64,000 bases of DNA from an uncultured Acidobacteriota bacterium (GTDB lineage Bacteria; Acidobacteriota; Thermoanaerobaculia; Multivoradales; UBA5704). The DNA lies in contig CAVYRF010000002.1 in assembly GCA_963770895.1 (NCBI GenBank), positions 1,632,001 through 1,696,000 on the forward strand, written 5' to 3'. The translations under genes and the position numbers were made by a program. Under the pieces are notes generated by a model. It worked only from the letters and a program-made list of their open reading frames with translations, ran no database searches and was not told the DNA's origin. Positions 39,660 through 48,861 of the stretch are shown here, one piece after another (the stretch's first letter is position 1; every line of letters begins with the position of its first letter).

Positions 39660-40097
39660 ATGCGCTATGATCGCAGTCCCTTGAGACGCTTCCTGATCCT
39701 CGCAATGCCCACCCTGGTTCTGGCGATGGCGCTGTTCCGCGCCGGCGTCGACGCCCTCGGCCGCACGCCGTCGCTCGCGCAGTCGTCGGGCACGCCGCTG
39801 CCGATCTGGGTGGTGGTGGGAACCTGGCTGTTGGAATCGCTGGCCCTGGCCGCTCTCTACCTGCTGGTGCAGGCCAGCGGCGGCGGCCGCCTGCTCAACG
39901 GTCTGCTGACGGGGTGGATCGCGTGGGTCTTCCGCGGACCGCTGCTGGTGGTGGCGGTGGTGACCCTGGCCGGCCAGCCGGCGGGACCGTGGTGGTCGAT
40001 GGTGTTTTCGTGGTGGGTGCTCTACTCCGTGTGCGGCCTGCTGCTCGGGGTCGTCGCCGCGGCCTCCGGCCTGCGGCCCGCCGTCACGGGGACCTGA
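39660..40097 (+). CDS. Small 4-TM membrane protein, function unknown (start uncertain)
   Basis: Four hydrophobic stretches; GC3-biased codons; located upstream of the PKS cluster. Confidence 0.65.
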   Translation: MRYDRSPLRRFLILAMPTLVLAMALFRAGVDALGRTPSLAQSSGTPLPIWVVVGTWLLESLALAALYLLVQASGGGRLLNGLLTGWIAWVFRGPLLVVAVVTLAGQPAGPWWSMVFSWWVLYSVCGLLLGVVAAASGLRPAVTGT

Positions 40098-40122
40098 CCG
40101 CCGCCGCAAGCGGGAGCCCGCC

Positions 40123-41187
40123 GTGAAGATTGCCGCCGTCGGCCGCGCGCTCCCCCCTCACTTCTACGATCAGGACACCCTGCTGGCGGCGCTGCGCGAC
40201 CGTTGGACCGCGCGGCTGTTCAACCCCGAGAGACTGACCCGCCTGCACCAGAACGTGCTGGTCGGCGGCCGCCACCTGGCGCTGCCCATCGACGAGTACG
40301 CCGGCCTGACCACCTGGGGCAAGGCCAACGACGCGTGGATTCGCGTGGCGCAGGAGGTCGGCGGCGCCGCGGTCCTGGACGCGCTCCACCGCGCCGGCCT
40401 GGCGGTCGGCGACGTCAGCGCGCTGCTCTTCGTCACCGTCACCGGCGTCGCCACGCCGTCCATCGACGCGCGGCTGATGAACCGGCTGCGCCTGCCGGCG
40501 GACACCAAACGGTTGCCGATCTTCGGTCTGGGCTGCGTCGCCGGCGCCGCCGGCATCGCCCGCGCGGCGGATTACGTGCGCGCCTTTCCCGACCAGGTGG
40601 CGGTGCTGCTCTCCGTCGAGCTGTGCTCGCTCACCCTGCAGCCGCAGGACCTGTCGATCCCCAACCTGATCGCCAGCGGCCTGTTCGGCGACGGCGCCGC
40701 GGCGGTGGCGATGGTCGGCGAAGGTCGCGCCGCGGCCTGCGGGGGCGCCGCGGGTCCGACGGTCGTCGCCACCCGGTCGGTGTTCTACCCCGATTCGGAG
40801 CGGGTCATGGGGTGGGACATTTCGCAGGACGGCTTTCGCATCGTGCTGTCCGCCGACGTGCCGCAGGTGGTCCGCCAGTTTCTGCGGCACGACGTGGACG
40901 CCTTTCTTGCCAGCCACGGTCTGGCCCGCGCCGACATCGCTTCGTGGGTCTGCCATCCCGGCGGCCCCAAGGTGCTCGAGGCGATGGAAGACGCGCTGGA
41001 GCTGCCCGCGGGAGCGCTGGAGGTGACCTGGAAGAGCCTGCGCGAAGTGGGCAACATCTCCTCCACCTCGGTGCTGCTGGTCCTCGCCGACACCATCGAC
41101 CATCACCGGCCGCCGCCCGGCAGCTGGGGCATGCTGCTCGCGATGGGCCCCGGTTTCTGCTCCGAGCTGGTGCTGCTGCGCTGGTAG
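40123..41187 (+). CDS. Type III polyketide synthase
   Basis: Cys-His-Asn triad (GLGCVAG, HPGGPKVL, GNISS), LFGDGAAA, MGPGF. Confidence 0.95.
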   Translation: MKIAAVGRALPPHFYDQDTLLAALRDRWTARLFNPERLTRLHQNVLVGGRHLALPIDEYAGLTTWGKANDAWIRVAQEVGGAAVLDALHRAGLAVGDVSALLFVTVTGVATPSIDARLMNRLRLPADTKRLPIFGLGCVAGAAGIARAADYVRAFPDQVAVLLSVELCSLTLQPQDLSIPNLIASGLFGDGAAAVAMVGEGRAAACGGAAGPTVVATRSVFYPDSERVMGWDISQDGFRIVLSADVPQVVRQFLRHDVDAFLASHGLARADIASWVCHPGGPKVLEAMEDALELPAGALEVTWKSLREVGNISSTSVLLVLADTIDHHRPPPGSWGMLLAMGPGFCSELVLLRW

Positions 41188-41215
41188 GGGAAGGTTCGGC
41201 CAGCCGAAATCGCCG

Positions 41216-41815
41216 ATGACCATCCTGGGCCTGGACAGCCGCGTCGTATATACCTTGCTGGTGGCCGGCGTGGCGCTGCAACGCCTGGCGGAGCTGGGGC
41301 TGTCGCGCCGCCACAGCGCGGCGCTTGCGGCGCGCGGCGCGGTGCAGGTGGCGCCCCGCCACTACGGAGCCATGGTCGCGGTGCATACGGGCCTGCTGGT
41401 GTGCTGCCCGCTGGAAGTATGGTGGCTGCGGCGGCCGTTGGTGCCGGCGCTGGCGGCGGCGATGGCGGCGCTGCTGCTGGGCGCGTCGGCGCTGCGCGGC
41501 TGGGCGATCGCCACCCTGGGCGAGCGCTGGACGACGCGCATCTACTGCCTGCCGGGCGCGGCGCCGGTCGTCCAGGGGCCCTATCGCTACCTGCGCCACC
41601 CCAACTACCTGGCGGTGGTGGTGGAGATGGCGGCGCTGCCGCTGCTGCACGGTGCGTGGATCTGCGCCGCGCTCTTCTCGGCGGCCAACGCCGCGGTGCT
41701 CACCGTGCGCATCCGCGCCGAAGAGGCGGCGCTGTCGCGCCTGTCCAGCTACGCAACGGCCTTCGCCGGCAGGCCGCGGCTGCTGCCCGGCGCTCGCCGG
41801 TTGCACTGTCTTTGA
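41216..41815 (+). CDS. ICMT-family membrane methyltransferase (SrsB/FtpB-like)
   Basis: QRLAEL, LGERWTTRI, GPYRYLRHPNY, RIRAEEAAL. Confidence 0.92.
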   Translation: MTILGLDSRVVYTLLVAGVALQRLAELGLSRRHSAALAARGAVQVAPRHYGAMVAVHTGLLVCCPLEVWWLRRPLVPALAAAMAALLLGASALRGWAIATLGERWTTRIYCLPGAAPVVQGPYRYLRHPNYLAVVVEMAALPLLHGAWICAALFSAANAAVLTVRIRAEEAALSRLSSYATAFAGRPRLLPGARRLHCL

Positions 41816-41830
41816 ACGGGAGGGCAGGCC

Positions 41831-42073
41831 ATGGAGACCAATATCCTGGAAGGTGTCGCCGCGGTGGCGCGCCAGCACCTCGACTGGCAGGGCCCGGTGA
41901 CCCGCGACCTGCGGCTGGTCGAGGACATGCATCTGGATTCGGTGCGCCTGCTGACCCTGGCCGCCGAAGTGGAAAACCACTTCCACGTCATCCTCGACGA
42001 GCAGGACGAAGCGTCGATCGAAACGGTGGGAGACCTGGTGGATATCGTGCGGAGCAAGCTTGGCAGAACCTGA
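41831..42073 (+). CDS. Acyl carrier protein
   Basis: LVEDMHLDSV phosphopantetheine Ser, EVENHF, TVGDLV. Confidence 0.9.
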   Translation: METNILEGVAAVARQHLDWQGPVTRDLRLVEDMHLDSVRLLTLAAEVENHFHVILDEQDEASIETVGDLVDIVRSKLGRT

Positions 42074-43841
42074 GCCCGAGACCATCGTCGACTACCTGCT
42101 GCAGGCTGGCCGCCAGCCGGACGGCGGGCTGCGCTTCGTCGACCGTGCCGAACAGGCACGGTGGTTCGGCTGGGAAGAGGTGCGGCGGCAGGCCCACGCC
42201 GTCTGCGGCGGCCTGCTGGCGCTGGGGGTCCGCCGCGGCGACAGGGTGGCCCTGATCTTTCCCACCAGCCCCGACTTCTTCGCCGGCTTCTTCGGCACCC
42301 TGCTGGCAGGCGCCGTGCCGGTGCCGCTCTATCCGCCGGTGCGGCTGGGCCGCCTGCAGGAATACATGGCGCGCACCACCCGGATGCTCGCCGCCACGGC
42401 GGCGCGGGTCGTCCTGGCCGACGCGCGGGTCAAGCGCCTGCTCGGCGAGCCGGTCGCCGCGGCGCGGACGCGCTGGGGCTGCCGCACCCTCGCGGATCTG
42501 CCGCGCGCCGCGCCGCCGGCCGACCTGCCGCCGGCGCAACCGCAGGACCTGGCACTGATCCAGTTTTCGTCCGGCACCACGGTGGCGCCCAAGGCGGTGG
42601 CGCTCAGCCACCGCGCGCTGGTGGCGCAAACCCGCATCCTGAACAGCTTTTGGGCCGACGCTCCGGGGCTGCGCCACAGCTGCGCCAGCTGGCTGCCGCT
42701 GTACCACGACATGGGACTGATCGGCTGCGTCTTCCCGGCGCTGGCGCGCGACGCCAGCCTGACGCTGCTGCCGCCCGAGCTGTTCGTGACCCGGCCCGCC
42801 CTGTGGCTGCGCGCCATCGCCCGCTATCGCGCGACCATCTCGCCGGCCCCCAATTTCGGTTACAGCCTGTGCCTGGCGCGGGTGGCGGACGCGGAGATGG
42901 AGGGCGTCGATCTTTCCTGCTGGCGCGCCGCGCTCAACGGCGCCGAGCCCGTGGCGCCGGGGGTGTTGCGCGCCTTTGCCCAACGCTTCGCGCGGTGGGG
43001 TTTCTCGCCGGCCGCCCTGACGCCGGTCTACGGACTGTCCGAAGCCGCCCTGGCGGTGACTTTTTCGGACCTCGACCGCCCCTATCGCAGCGGCCGCTTC
43101 GACCGCCAGGCGCTGGCGACCGAGCGCCTGGCGCAGCCGCCCGGCGCGACCGCCGCCGCCACCGAGATCGTGTCGGTGGGCCGTCCGGTCCCCGGCTTCC
43201 GCCTCTCCATCCGCGGCGCGCGCGGCGAAGAGCTGCCTGCCGGCAGGGTCGGGCGTCTGTGGATCCAGGGGCCATCGCTGATGGACGGCTACCTCAACGA
43301 TCCGCAGGCCACCGCCCAGGCGCTGCGCGACGGCTGGCTCGACACCGGCGACCTGGCGTTCCTGGACGAAGGTCAGCTCTATCTTGCCGGCCGCGCCAAG
43401 GACGTCGTGATCCTGCGCGGCCGCAACCACTCGCCGGCCGAGATCGAGCAGGCGGTCGATGCCGTGCCCGGCGTGCGCCCCGGCTGCGCCGTCGCCGTCT
43501 CCTGGCTGCCCGAAGGAGCGGCGGGCGAGCGCCTGGCGCTGTTCGTGGAGACCGCGCGCCGCGCCACGGAGGCAGACCTCGCCGCGCTGCCCGCCGGCTG
43601 CCGCACCGCGGTCGCCGCGGCCACCGGTCTGGCGGTGGACCTGCTGGAGGTGCTGGCGCCCGGCACCCTGCCGCGCACCTCCTCCGGCAAGCTGCGCCGC
43701 GCCGAAACCCTGCGCCTCTACCTGGCCGGCGACCTGACACCGCCGGCCAGAGTCTCCGTCCTGCGCCTGGCCGAAGCCGCGGCGCGCTCCGGCGTCGCCT
43801 ACGCCCGCTGGCGCCTGGAGCGCCGCGGCGAGGGCGGCTGA
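42060..43841 (+). CDS. Fatty acyl-AMP ligase
   Basis: QFSSGTT, WLPLYHDMGLIG, YGLSE, TGDL, GRAKD, RTSSGK. Confidence 0.92.
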   Translation: MAEPEPETIVDYLLQAGRQPDGGLRFVDRAEQARWFGWEEVRRQAHAVCGGLLALGVRRGDRVALIFPTSPDFFAGFFGTLLAGAVPVPLYPPVRLGRLQEYMARTTRMLAATAARVVLADARVKRLLGEPVAAARTRWGCRTLADLPRAAPPADLPPAQPQDLALIQFSSGTTVAPKAVALSHRALVAQTRILNSFWADAPGLRHSCASWLPLYHDMGLIGCVFPALARDASLTLLPPELFVTRPALWLRAIARYRATISPAPNFGYSLCLARVADAEMEGVDLSCWRAALNGAEPVAPGVLRAFAQRFARWGFSPAALTPVYGLSEAALAVTFSDLDRPYRSGRFDRQALATERLAQPPGATAAATEIVSVGRPVPGFRLSIRGARGEELPAGRVGRLWIQGPSLMDGYLNDPQATAQALRDGWLDTGDLAFLDEGQLYLAGRAKDVVILRGRNHSPAEIEQAVDAVPGVRPGCAVAVSWLPEGAAGERLALFVETARRATEADLAALPAGCRTAVAAATGLAVDLLEVLAPGTLPRTSSGKLRRAETLRLYLAGDLTPPARVSVLRLAEAAARSGVAYARWRLERRGEGG

Positions 43842-45115
43842 TGGACGCCGCGGCGGGAAAGGCTGAAGCCGTGGATCCCGTGGCGGCGGCCACCGATGTG
43901 CTGATCGTGGGCGGCGGCCCCGCCGGCCTCGCCACCGCCATTCGCGCCCGTATGGCCGGCCTCTCGGTGCGAGTCGTCGACCGCGGCCAGCCCCCCGTCG
44001 ACAAGGCCTGCGGCGAGGGCCTGATGCCCGACGCCGTGCTGCACCTGCGCCAGCTGGGGGTGGAGCTGCCGCCGGATCGAAGCCGGCGTCTGGCCGGCAT
44101 CCGCTACGTCGATGGCGGCATCGTCGCCGAAGGAGCGCTGCCCGAGCCCGGTGGCCTGGGCGTCCGCCGCCTGGATCTCCACCGCGCCCTGGCCGCCCGC
44201 GCCGCCGCGGTCGGCGTCGACCTCCGCTGGGGCTGTGCCGTCAGCGGCCTGGCCCTGGCGACACCGGAGGCTGGCGCCGCTGGCGCCGGACGGCGGGCCG
44301 GCAATGGGGGGGCGGGGTGTCGCGGCCCGGCGGGCGCGGGCGACGTTTGGGTGTGCGGCGCGCTCACCGGTGCCGACGGCGACCACCTGATGCCCGCCCG
44401 CTGGGTGGTCGGCGCCGACGGTCTGCACTCGCGGGTGCGCGGCTGGGCGGGTCTGGCGGCGGCGCCGGCGGCGCGACGGCCGCGGTTCGGGGTGCGGCGG
44501 CATTTTGTCTGCGCGCCCTGGAGCGACATGGTGGAGGTGCACTGGGGCGAAGGGTGCGAAGCCTATGTCACTCCCGTCGGCCCCGACCTGGTGGGGGTCG
44601 CCCTGCTGTGGGGCGATGGCAAGGCCAGCTTCGACAGCCTGCTGGCCCGGTTCCCCTCTCTGGCCGCGCGCCTTGCCGGCGCGGCGCCCGCCTCCCGCGA
44701 TCGCGGCGCCGGGCCGCTGCGGCAACGGGTCGCCGCGGCGTGCCGCGGCAACGTGGCGCTGATCGGCGACGCCGCGGGCTACTTCGACGCCATCACCGGC
44801 GAGGGCCTGGCGGTGGCGCTCCACCAATCGGCGGCGCTGATCGACGCCATCGCCCGCGCCGATGCGCGCGGCACGAACCACATGAGCCGGTATGCGGCGG
44901 CGCATCGGCGGATCGTGCGGCTGCCCAACGCGGTCACGGCGCTGATGCTGGCGCTGGAGCGCCGCCCCCGGCTGCGCCGCCGCGCGATGCGGGCGCTGGC
45001 GGCGGAGCCGGCGCTGTTCAACCGCCTGCTGGGCATCCATGCCCGTGCGCTGCCGCCGCGACGGCTGGGCATCGACGGCGCGCTGCGGCTGGTCTATCGT
45101 CTGGTCACCGCCTGA
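43841..45115 (+). CDS. FAD-dependent monooxygenase/oxidoreductase (SrsC-like)
   Basis: IVGGGPAG, DKACGEGLMP, GADGLHS, GDAAGYFDAITGEG. Confidence 0.9.
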   Translation: MDAAAGKAEAVDPVAAATDVLIVGGGPAGLATAIRARMAGLSVRVVDRGQPPVDKACGEGLMPDAVLHLRQLGVELPPDRSRRLAGIRYVDGGIVAEGALPEPGGLGVRRLDLHRALAARAAAVGVDLRWGCAVSGLALATPEAGAAGAGRRAGNGGAGCRGPAGAGDVWVCGALTGADGDHLMPARWVVGADGLHSRVRGWAGLAAAPAARRPRFGVRRHFVCAPWSDMVEVHWGEGCEAYVTPVGPDLVGVALLWGDGKASFDSLLARFPSLAARLAGAAPASRDRGAGPLRQRVAAACRGNVALIGDAAGYFDAITGEGLAVALHQSAALIDAIARADARGTNHMSRYAAAHRRIVRLPNAVTALMLALERRPRLRRRAMRALAAEPALFNRLLGIHARALPPRRLGIDGALRLVYRLVTA

Positions 45116-45222
45116 GGCCGCCGGCGCACGCAGTTAGATGCGTGCACCGGTGCGGGCGCGAGTCCGAGCGGAGTGCCGGGTGGCGCGACGGCGACCGCCG
45201 GCAGAAGCAAGAGGAGAGCGGA

Positions 45223-46467
45223 ATGAGTCAGAGCCAGGTGCAGGAGCGGCCCCTGCTGATGATCCCCGGTCCGGTCGAAGTGTCGCCGGCCGTGATGCAA
45301 GCCTTTGCGGCGCCGCCGCCGGGCCACACCTCGCCGCCGGTGATCGCCGCCTTCGGCGAGGCGCTGGAGCGCATGCGCCGCGTGTGGCAGGCCGACCCGG
45401 CCAGCCAGCCCTTCGTCGTGGGCGGCGGCGGCACCGTCGGCATGGAGATGGCCGCCGCCAACCTGGTGGCGCCCGGCGACCGCGTGCTGGTGGTCAAGAC
45501 CGGCTACTTCTCCGACCGCATGGCCGAAATCCTCCGCCGCTACGGCGCCGAGACGATCGAGGTGGGAGCCCAGCCAGGCGATGCGCCCACCCCCGACGCG
45601 GTCCGCCAAGCCCTGGCCCAGGCAACCGCCGGCGGCCGTCCCGCCAAGGCCCTCTTTGCCACCCACGTGGACACCTCGACGGGAGTCCGCCTGGACCCCC
45701 AACCCTTCGCCCAGCTCGCCCGCCAGCAGGGCATGCTCTCCGTCTTCGACGGCGTCTGCGGCGCCGCCGGCGAACGCTTCGAAATGGCCGCATGGGACGC
45801 CGACGTCTACTTCACCGGCTCGCAAAAAGCCCTGGGCCTGCCCCCCGGCCTGGCCCTCATGGTCGCCAGCCCGCGCGCCCTCGCCGCGCGCCAGGAGCGC
45901 ACCGGCCCGCCGCCGCCCATGTACCTGGACTGGCACGTCTGGCAGCCCGTCCTGCGCGCCTACGAAGAGCGCCGCCCCGCCTACTTCTCGACCCCGCCCA
46001 CCAACCTCATCCTGGCCCTCAACGCCGGCCTGGCCGAGATCGAAAACGAAGGCATCACCGCCCGCATCGACCACCACGCCGCCACCGCCGCCGCCCTCCG
46101 CACCGCCTGGCGAGCCCTGGGCCTGCGCCTGCTCCCCCTCCGCGACGACCTGGCCGCCAACACCCTGTCCGCCCTCATGCTGAGCGAAGCCAACGCCGCC
46201 ATCGACACCGCCGCCGTCGTCGCCAGCATCGCCACCCAAGGCGTCGCCGTCGCCACCGGCCTCCTCCCCGCCTTCAAATCCCGCTACTTCCGCATCGGCC
46301 ACATGGGCTACGTCCTCACCCAACCCCACCAGCTCCGCCGCACCATCACCGCCGTCGCCGCCGCCCTCACCGCCCAAGGCATGGCACCCAGCCCCGCCGC
46401 CGAAGCCGCCGCCCTGGAAGCCCTGACCCCGATCGCCGGAGGCCACCGCTCGGCAGGTCAGCGCTGA
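45223..46467 (+). CDS. Class V PLP aminotransferase (alanine-glyoxylate/serine-pyruvate type)
   Basis: LMIPGP, HVDTSTG, GSQKALGLPPGL, FRIGHMG. Confidence 0.92.
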   Translation: MSQSQVQERPLLMIPGPVEVSPAVMQAFAAPPPGHTSPPVIAAFGEALERMRRVWQADPASQPFVVGGGGTVGMEMAAANLVAPGDRVLVVKTGYFSDRMAEILRRYGAETIEVGAQPGDAPTPDAVRQALAQATAGGRPAKALFATHVDTSTGVRLDPQPFAQLARQQGMLSVFDGVCGAAGERFEMAAWDADVYFTGSQKALGLPPGLALMVASPRALAARQERTGPPPPMYLDWHVWQPVLRAYEERRPAYFSTPPTNLILALNAGLAEIENEGITARIDHHAATAAALRTAWRALGLRLLPLRDDLAANTLSALMLSEANAAIDTAAVVASIATQGVAVATGLLPAFKSRYFRIGHMGYVLTQPHQLRRTITAVAAALTAQGMAPSPAAEAAALEALTPIAGGHRSAGQR

Positions 46468-46498
46468 GGCAACGTTAGCTGCCGGCGAGACCATCTAA

Positions 46499-46666
46499 CT
46501 AGTGGCCTGTATCAGTGAAATTGGCGGCGGATGGCGCCGCCATTCGGCGGCGCGGGCCAGGCGCGCCGACGCAGGCATAGTCGAACCTATGTCGAGGAGG
46601 CGCAACGCAGCCCCCGCCGTCGAGGGCAAGCCAGGCGCTGCCGATTTCTCTGATACAGGCCACTAG
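46499..46666. mobile_element. MITE-like element, 168 bp
   Basis: 31-bp terminal inverted repeats (3 mismatches) beginning CTAGTGGCCTGTATCAG; no ORF. Confidence 0.75.
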
Positions 46667-47202
46667 ATTTGGTTTAGATCGTCGGTCTCAAGGATTTGCT
46701 CGACGGAAAAGCCCAGAGATGCCAGGTACGCTGTCCAGGCATCGCCATGCCATAGCTCAAAGAGAGATCCGGACGCGAACACGATCCCTGTCTCGCCGTG
46801 GCTGGGTAAGATCCCAAGCTTCCGAGCTCCAGACGGCAACGCGACTGTGTAAGAGGCTTGTCCAGAGCGCTTAAGCTCAAATTTAAACGTCAGCAACCAA
46901 CGAGTTCCGAGGTAGCGCGCAGCATCCGCTCGCCTTGTACCTGCTTCACGCAGGCTCAAATCTCCTGACTCCCGCAGTCGATGGACGGCCGAATCGACTT
47001 CGGCGGGATCCAAGACCAGGATGCCGCCACGGCGACTGACCACACCTACCCGCTGGACTGTCTCGCCCACGAGCCAGGGAACCAGCTGGCCACCCCACAG
47101 TTCCTTATCTGTGAGGCGAAGGCGGGTTTCCTCGGCCGTGTAGGCCCGTACAAAAGGTTCTCCCGCGAAGTCGGTCTGGATTGGGGGGCGTCCGGCGTGC
47201 AT
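46663..47202 (-). CDS. Hypothetical protein, possibly a divergent MraZ/AbrB-like DNA-binding protein
   Basis: C-terminal VALPSGARKLGIL...IVFASGSLFELWHGDAW resembles the second MraZ repeat; judged by eye only. Confidence 0.55.
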   Translation of the reverse strand: MHAGRPPIQTDFAGEPFVRAYTAEETRLRLTDKELWGGQLVPWLVGETVQRVGVVSRRGGILVLDPAEVDSAVHRLRESGDLSLREAGTRRADAARYLGTRWLLTFKFELKRSGQASYTVALPSGARKLGILPSHGETGIVFASGSLFELWHGDAWTAYLASLGFSVEQILETDDLNQI

Positions 47203-47350
47203 AATTTTGGGATAAGCAGGTAAAAGCTAGACTATCTGGCTGATTTTACGGTATTTGATCCGGAGTAATTTTGGGATTATCATGGATCTGGTTTGTGGCG
47301 GTGAGCGAGGACGCATTGCTGAGTTCGGTGCACCCTGCTTATGGAGACGG

Positions 47351-47869
47351 ATGATGCCTGCGCCTGGAGTCTCAACGCTGATTGATTGGGTTGATCCTGC
47401 CGACGAACCCTTCAACACCATCGCGCGCGGCGAGGTGTTTGAGAAGCACGCTGCATTTCGGGTCGTTCATATCTTTCTCTTCGATCCGGCCGGGGACCTC
47501 CTCGTTCAACAGCTCGGCCATTCTCGGGACCGCAATCCCTTAAAGTGGGGCTCTTCTGTCGCTGGTTACCTGAACGCGGGAGAGGACTACCTAGAGGCGG
47601 CAAAGCGCCGCCTTAAAGAGGAGCTTGACTACGAGGGGGACCTGGCAAAGTTCGGCAGTGTAGTAATGCGGGACCAAGGCGCCAGAAAGTTCATTACCCT
47701 CTACATCGGCACTGCGTTTTCTTCGCGGGTCGCCATTGCGGAGCCAGACCATATCGAGAGGGTGCGTTTCGCTCCTCTTGGCGATTTGATCAGGGAGATA
47801 CAAGAGGAGCCAGACAGCTTCACGGAGACCTTCCGCTTCCTGCTGCGGTTTTATCTCTCGAACGGCTAA
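47351..47869 (+). CDS. NUDIX hydrolase (IPP isomerase-like subgroup)
   Basis: VVHIFLFD, AGYLNAGEDYLEAAKRRLKEEL NUDIX box; GGAGA RBS. Confidence 0.85.
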   Translation: MMPAPGVSTLIDWVDPADEPFNTIARGEVFEKHAAFRVVHIFLFDPAGDLLVQQLGHSRDRNPLKWGSSVAGYLNAGEDYLEAAKRRLKEELDYEGDLAKFGSVVMRDQGARKFITLYIGTAFSSRVAIAEPDHIERVRFAPLGDLIREIQEEPDSFTETFRFLLRFYLSNG

Positions 47870-47871
47870 CA

Positions 47872-48426
47872 TCACCGGTGCCGAGGGGTGGCGGGGAGTG
47901 GGTGAACCGACACGGTAGCCCCGGGTTGAGGCGTCGCGATGTGCGCCATACCCGGCGGCGAGGTCTGAGGTCGAGGAATAACGCCGAACCCAGAGAGCGC
48001 CCCGGCTAGGTCTACCATGAAAAGTAAGCTAAGGATGACTTGGTTGAAAGTGGTAACGCTGGCGAAACGACGGCGTCGGCTCCCAGTAGACTTTGTTCCC
48101 ATTGTGACCATATGCGCGATTCCCAGCTGTCTCGCAAGCTGGTCCTTGGCGTTCCTGGTGTCCCTGTAGTATCCGTGCTGGGTGTGAGAGCCCAGAATCG
48201 AGAGCGCTGCTACCCCCATCCCCACCAGAAACACTGCACCCGCCAAGTAGGGATGTTGAGACTGGCCTAGCAGCGCGACCCCTGCGGCAATGATGGCCGA
48301 GTTCAGGACCACATAATCGCGGGAGCGGTCCGCATTGAGCTTGACCTGAAACCTGTACTCCTCTACAGCTATCTTGTAGTGGTCAAGAAGTTCTTCACGC
48401 GACGGGCGAACCGGTTTCTCCGCCAT
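47872..48426 (-). CDS. Small membrane protein (helical N-terminus, 2+1 TM), function unknown
   Basis: YKIAVEEYRFQVKLN followed by two TM segments and a C-terminal TM; AGG RBS-like sequence. Confidence 0.7.
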   Translation of the reverse strand: MAEKPVRPSREELLDHYKIAVEEYRFQVKLNADRSRDYVVLNSAIIAAGVALLGQSQHPYLAGAVFLVGMGVAALSILGSHTQHGYYRDTRNAKDQLARQLGIAHMVTMGTKSTGSRRRRFASVTTFNQVILSLLFMVDLAGALSGFGVIPRPQTSPPGMAHIATPQPGATVSVHPLPATPRHR

Positions 48427-48545
48427 TCATTTGCCTTCCGATCCTGCCGGGGCGCTACGCTCCGACTTTCGCTCTAATTTTATCGCCAGCGACTCCTGGC
48501 ACGGCCGCCAGAATTCGCTCTGCCTGCCCTCGGCGGAGGCAACTA

Positions 48546-48778
48546 GGCCGTCAGGCTCGCCCTTCCGGTGTTGTCCCGCGCCCGTTCGTAGGAGAAACCG
48601 GTCCCGGCGGCGGGCGGGACCCTCGGCGGCGCTCCGGTGGCGAGCCGCCGGCCTATCCGCAAGCCGCCACCGCTCCGCGAGCCCCTGGCGCGACGCTGAG
48701 GAGTGCCCTCCCGCCGCTGGCCCCAAGCCACCAAGCCCACAGTCCTCCGCCCCCAGGTCACCTGCCCGAAGCAAGAAG
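48546..48778. repeat. Dispersed repeat R2, uninterrupted copy
   Basis: Matches 7528-7677 + 10737-10850, the copy split by IS21. Confidence 0.8.
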
Positions 48779-48861
48779 GGTGGACGGGGGGAGGGGGGAA
48801 GGGGAGGGGGCGGGGGGAGCCGGGAGGGAGACGGCCGAGTAGCGTACAATGCGCGGTTGCG

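Noticed and set aside
42161-45115. 984-aa ORF as an NRPS/PKS-like fusion
   Set aside because: The upstream part is an off-frame overlap with the FAAL gene; the real gene starts at 43841
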